In this document: positions 25,113 to 28,881 of the stretch, piece after piece | Layout of the letters: each line of letters opens with the position of its first letter | Position numbering within the stretch: position 1 is the first letter of the stretch | DNA from: Pedosphaera sp. | GTDB lineage: Bacteria; Verrucomicrobiota; Verrucomicrobiia; Limisphaerales; SIBH01 | Length of the DNA stretch: 28,881 bases | NCBI GenBank assembly: GCA_031414955.1 | Contig: JANOQV010000022.1 | Coordinates: 1-28,881 of the forward strand | Direction of reading: 5' to 3' | Position numbers and translations under genes: made by a program | Notes under the pieces: model-generated | The model's input: the letters and a program-made list of their open reading frames with translations, nothing else | What the model was told of the DNA's origin: nothing | Databases searched by the model: none

Positions 25113-28100
25113 TCAATCCGGCGGCAGCACATTGAAGCTCTCCACCACGGCGCGCAGCTTGCCGCGCGGGTCGCCCTCCACCCGCACCACCGTGCGCGTG
25201 GCGTACTCGGCCGTGACCTGATAATTGCGCACCAAGCCCGTGGCCGGATCGATGTCCGCCGGCTTGAGCGCCTGGCCGTAGGCGTAAATCACAAAGCGCG
25301 GCTCCCCCAGCCGGAGCAGGGAAAGAATCTGCTGCGGGATTTGTTCGTAGGCGAAATCGTCCACGCCGTCCTTCGCCTGCTTCCCGGTCGGCTCATCCAC
25401 GTTCAAGTAAGGCGACTTCACCGTCAGCTCGGGAAGCTGGAGCAAATCGCCAATGCGCTCGATGGGCATGATGCGCCCCGCGGCGTTCGTGCGGCTCGTT
25501 TGATAAGAATAAATCGTGGACCAGATGCGGCCCAGTCCGGTGTTCGCCGCAACCTGGGAACCGATGGGTTCGATGAACTGCGGCTCATATTGGTGGGGTG
25601 TGAATTGAGCCGGCGACGGGGTGGAATTCGACAAGACCACGATCGCGCTGAATAACGCCGACCAGGATTCGCGATTGGTTTGATTCATCGACATCAGCCC
25701 GCGGGTAGTGCGCTCGTCGATGCCGGTGGTGAACATATCCGCCAGCAACCAGTCGTTGGTCGGATGGGTGCGTGAAAAATCAACCCAGTTGGTGGCGTCA
25801 AGACGCGACGCCACATCCGCAGATTGCTCCAGCCAGACTTTTACCGGGACAGGGCCACTACCTTTGTTGGTCGTGATGCTCAACGGTGCGGCCTCGGACT
25901 TGAAGTAAACCGACTGCCACGGAGTGCCACGGTGAATGCGCCCTAGCAAGCCGATGCTGGCCAATGGACCCTTGGGAAAATTCCAGTCGTCAGGAGAGTA
26001 AATGCCGGCATCCTTGATTCTCCGATCGTACTGGCCCGGAGGAGGATCCAGCGGGTCACTGAAAGGACTTCCTCCCCACGGTGCGTATCGCTCGTTTAAC
26101 CGCCCCAAACTTGAAGGCGCAATGTTCGTTCCTGCTACGTTCGGCTTCAAATGCTGGTAATTCGTCGATGTCCCAAGGCGCAAATCTTGCGGGTGATAAT
26201 GCACAATAGGATCGTTCGCCTGCCAGGTGCTGACCACCGCCAGTTTCGCGGCCGGATTGAAACCAGCCTGCATGGCGAGCACAGAATTACTGCCGACGGT
26301 ATTGGTCCCGAGTGCGCCCAGACCACAGAAAACCCGGAATGCAGTGATGGCGTTATCCTTGTCCCTCTGACTCAGGCTGACCGCTGGGGTGAAGTCACGC
26401 CACTCCGCCAAGGTGGTCGTCAAATTACCCAACGCGATGTCCATCTGTCGCTTGATGCCCTCCGTCGGAGCAGTCGCGGAGTAGCGATTGGTGTCCCAGA
26501 CACCTTGAATGTTTGGAGTGGCGGACCCAGCAGGATAGGGAGCGCCTGTGAGATTGGGGAATAAATCCACGACCTGATTGTCGGTGAGCATCACGTAGTC
26601 CACCATCCGGTTGCCTTCGGACATCAGGTAGCTCATCCGGTTCGACACGGTGTAAACCCAATCAGGAAGAGGGAAGCCGGGAACCGACTCGAAGACGTTG
26701 GCGTTGATGTTGGTAAAATAATTTCCAGTGAACCGATACACCGCATTGGTCAGGAAGATCACGTTGGTCTGCACCGGCACGGCGAAGCCATACGTGTCAC
26801 CGCCCAGCCAGTTCGCGGGGAGGTTTGTGGTGTTGCCGGAAATCAGGGTTGCATTGGCCTGATAGCCCAAAGAATTGCTCAACATGCAAGTGGCCCGATT
26901 GGTCACGGTGATCGTGACCGATCGCGGATATGGACCAGCCTTTCGGTAGTCGTATGAATTCCACGTCTCAATACCGAAGAAATTGGAGATGCCGAGCACG
27001 TACATCTGGTTGGTGGCATCCGGAAACCGTCCGGGGCTGGGCGGATTAAACGCTGTGCGGGTCAATTGGAGTTTGCGCGCGACCGTGATGTCGGAGCGCA
27101 GGGTCAATTCGTTAAAATTCGGAAAGCCCTTCTTCGTGCCGACAACGAGCGGGATGCCGTTCGTGTTCGTGTCCACCCACGCCTGCAACGTACTCACGCG
27201 GTCGTCATTGGTGAAGCCCACGACGTAGTTCACCCCGCTCAATGGCCCTGGCCCGAAGAGCGGGCGGAAGACGGACGGATATTCCGTCCCGTTAATCGCG
27301 TCGTAGATGTTCGCCGCCTCCTGAAGAATGCGATGGATGGCCGTGGTGTAGAGGTTGGTCGGGTAAACCGGAATCTCGGTCATGGAGCGAATCGGAATCG
27401 AATTGGTCGCCGGATTAAACTCGTTCGACTGCGCGAGGAAAATGCGCTGGGCCACGTTGACGAAAAACTCCACCGGAAAATTGGTCCAGGAGATGAAGTC
27501 CGCCGCCGAGTTGGTGCCGAAGGCGGCGTAGTTGAGGTTGATGCGGTTGTGGTAGTCGCTGCCGGTGTCGGTGTTGAGCTGGGCGATCAGCCGGTAGAAG
27601 GTCAGCGGGTCAGCCCGGATGCCGTCGGGGGTGTAGCCATTGATGGCCCGGAGCAGGTTGGTGTGGAACCCGGTGGTGACCTTGCCCGGCGCGTAGGTGT
27701 TGGTGACGTGGAAAAGTTCCTGCGGATGGAACCAGTGGTGGAAGGCATCCGCGCCCGGCCAGCCGAAGTTCACCGCCTTGGTCGCCACGTCGTCACCCGG
27801 AGCAAACGGATTTACGCCCAGGACATTGCCCGCCAATCCCGTCCCATCAGAATAAGCATCGATGGAAGGCGGAGGAAAGAAATTGGGCGGATTGGTGGCG
27901 TTCGGGAACGTGTCGGAGAGCTTGGGCATGACGTTCCCCCAGTCGTTCCGGTAGGCCAGAAGCGAGCGAGCGTCCTTGAAGGCCGTATTACCGGAGCTGA
28001 GGGCCGCGCTGCCAGCGATGGGCGAGGGGAACGGCCCGTAGCCGTACTGGCTCAGGTTGCCGTTGGGCGTGCTCCACCAGACATCCGGCTGCAACTCGGC

Positions 28101-28871
28101 AAGGAAGGCGGCGAGGTTCAGCTCCCACGGACCAAAGCCCTGGTTGCGCTTGAAGTGCGAACCCGCATTGAGCAGCGGGTCAACGGCCGCATTGTGAATC
28201 GTGTTCAGGTCCAGCGACTTGCCCGCCGGCAGGACGATGTAAGCCATGCGCCCGAGGAAGCGGTTGTTCGGCCCAATCGGCGTCCATTGCTTTTCGGGAA
28301 TGCCAATCCAAATGGGATCGCCAAAGGGCGCGTTGGTGAACTCGTAGGGGTCGTTGAACTGATTGTCGCGATTCCAATCAAGATAAACCCCCATGGTGTT
28401 GCCCAGATTGGTCACGGCGGGAATCTCATTCCGGTTGGAGGGGCTGAGCACGCCGCCAAAGAATCCGACCTGGTAATTGGGCGAGTTGGTGGGCGAGGCG
28501 TAATTCGTGGAGGGCGCGGAGACGAAGAATTCAAAGGAGAGCAGATTCTGGTCGCGCAGGATGCGGTTGATGGCTTCGCCAATGGCGCGCTGATAGGCGG
28601 CGTCGCCGGCGAACTCCGCGCCGGACTGCTCGCGCCGGAGGGAGGTGCTCTGGCGATTGCGCCGGGCCGTGGCCAGGAACACGACGGTGAGAATGGTGAT
28701 GATGGCCAGCATGATGAGCGTGAGCACGAGGGCCACGCCGCGTTGGGAGCGCATCCGGCCTCCCTCGCCCCTCCACGGGGAGAGATTCCACGAACGAGCG
28801 TTCGCGATTTGTGCCCCTGAACCGGGCAGAGCGCCGGCGGCCGCCCCCGCGTTTGGGGGGCGGATATACAA
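25113..28871 (-). CDS. Giant GspK/PilX-like minor pseudopilin; start uncertain (ATG 28754, TTG 28871 or beyond the window)
   Basis: Class III leader SQRG|VALVLTLIMLAIITILTVVFL with no Glu at +5. GspK-like motifs: 'GRMAYIVLPAGKSLDLN', 'RGLMSMNQ...WSALF' and the C-terminal 'RFVIYAYGQAL...EYATRTVVRV'. The frame stays open to the window edge. Confidence 0.75.
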   Translation of the reverse strand: MYIRPPNAGAAAGALPGSGAQIANARSWNLSPWRGEGGRMRSQRGVALVLTLIMLAIITILTVVFLATARRNRQSTSLRREQSGAEFAGDAAYQRAIGEAINRILRDQNLLSFEFFVSAPSTNYASPTNSPNYQVGFFGGVLSPSNRNEIPAVTNLGNTMGVYLDWNRDNQFNDPYEFTNAPFGDPIWIGIPEKQWTPIGPNNRFLGRMAYIVLPAGKSLDLNTIHNAAVDPLLNAGSHFKRNQGFGPWELNLAAFLAELQPDVWWSTPNGNLSQYGYGPFPSPIAGSAALSSGNTAFKDARSLLAYRNDWGNVMPKLSDTFPNATNPPNFFPPPSIDAYSDGTGLAGNVLGVNPFAPGDDVATKAVNFGWPGADAFHHWFHPQELFHVTNTYAPGKVTTGFHTNLLRAINGYTPDGIRADPLTFYRLIAQLNTDTGSDYHNRINLNYAAFGTNSAADFISWTNFPVEFFVNVAQRIFLAQSNEFNPATNSIPIRSMTEIPVYPTNLYTTAIHRILQEAANIYDAINGTEYPSVFRPLFGPGPLSGVNYVVGFTNDDRVSTLQAWVDTNTNGIPLVVGTKKGFPNFNELTLRSDITVARKLQLTRTAFNPPSPGRFPDATNQMYVLGISNFFGIETWNSYDYRKAGPYPRSVTITVTNRATCMLSNSLGYQANATLISGNTTNLPANWLGGDTYGFAVPVQTNVIFLTNAVYRFTGNYFTNINANVFESVPGFPLPDWVYTVSNRMSYLMSEGNRMVDYVMLTDNQVVDLFPNLTGAPYPAGSATPNIQGVWDTNRYSATAPTEGIKRQMDIALGNLTTTLAEWRDFTPAVSLSQRDKDNAITAFRVFCGLGALGTNTVGSNSVLAMQAGFNPAAKLAVVSTWQANDPIVHYHPQDLRLGTSTNYQHLKPNVAGTNIAPSSLGRLNERYAPWGGSPFSDPLDPPPGQYDRRIKDAGIYSPDDWNFPKGPLASIGLLGRIHRGTPWQSVYFKSEAAPLSITTNKGSGPVPVKVWLEQSADVASRLDATNWVDFSRTHPTNDWLLADMFTTGIDERTTRGLMSMNQTNRESWSALFSAIVVLSNSTPSPAQFTPHQYEPQFIEPIGSQVAANTGLGRIWSTIYSYQTSRTNAAGRIMPIERIGDLLQLPELTVKSPYLNVDEPTGKQAKDGVDDFAYEQIPQQILSLLRLGEPRFVIYAYGQALKPADIDPATGLVRNYQVTAEYATRTVVRVEGDPRGKLRAVVESFNVLPPD
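28759..28784. repeat. Second, partial copy of the REP-like palindrome at the 5' end of the pseudopilin gene
   Basis: cctccctcgcccctccacggggagag matches 24976-25001 at 24 of 26 nt, in the same orientation. Confidence 0.8.
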
Positions 28872-28881
28872 AGACCGCGGG

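Noticed and set aside
24919..25116. 65-aa ORF overlapping the pseudopilin stop
   Set aside because: It is a translation of the 9-mer and REP-like repeats (DTDDTDEHG, PSPSFPLPVEGRG) with no independent coding evidence.

Overview
High-GC bacterial chromosomal window; the gene families suggest Verrucomicrobiota (Pedosphaera/Limisphaera-like), which is an inference. The left edge holds the 5' end of a probable ISKra4-family IS with a TTTTTTCCCC frameshift motif. It is followed by a compact type II secretion core operon (gspE, GspL-like, GspM-like, secretin gspD), a YdjY-like exported protein, uppP and a BSP-family gluzincin. A long minus-strand run then encodes a giant GspK/PilX-like pseudopilin (~1,200 aa), a 2,443-aa multidomain S8 subtilase, a PfkB kinase, a DUF1549/DUF1553 + DUF1501 pair, a GntP permease and a YgjP/M48 hydrolase. 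The most interesting signals are: (i) a candidate lineage-specific T2SS with a giant tip pseudopilin, a giant protease and a C-terminal '...RFYR' domain that may be a sorting signal; (ii) a strong Thr-Asn dipeptide excess confined to exported proteins; (iii) nested domain insertions in the subtilase; (iv) an FG/Gly-rich loop in the secretin; (v) several small repeat elements, some inserted in-frame in genes. All family calls come from motif recognition, not database searches.
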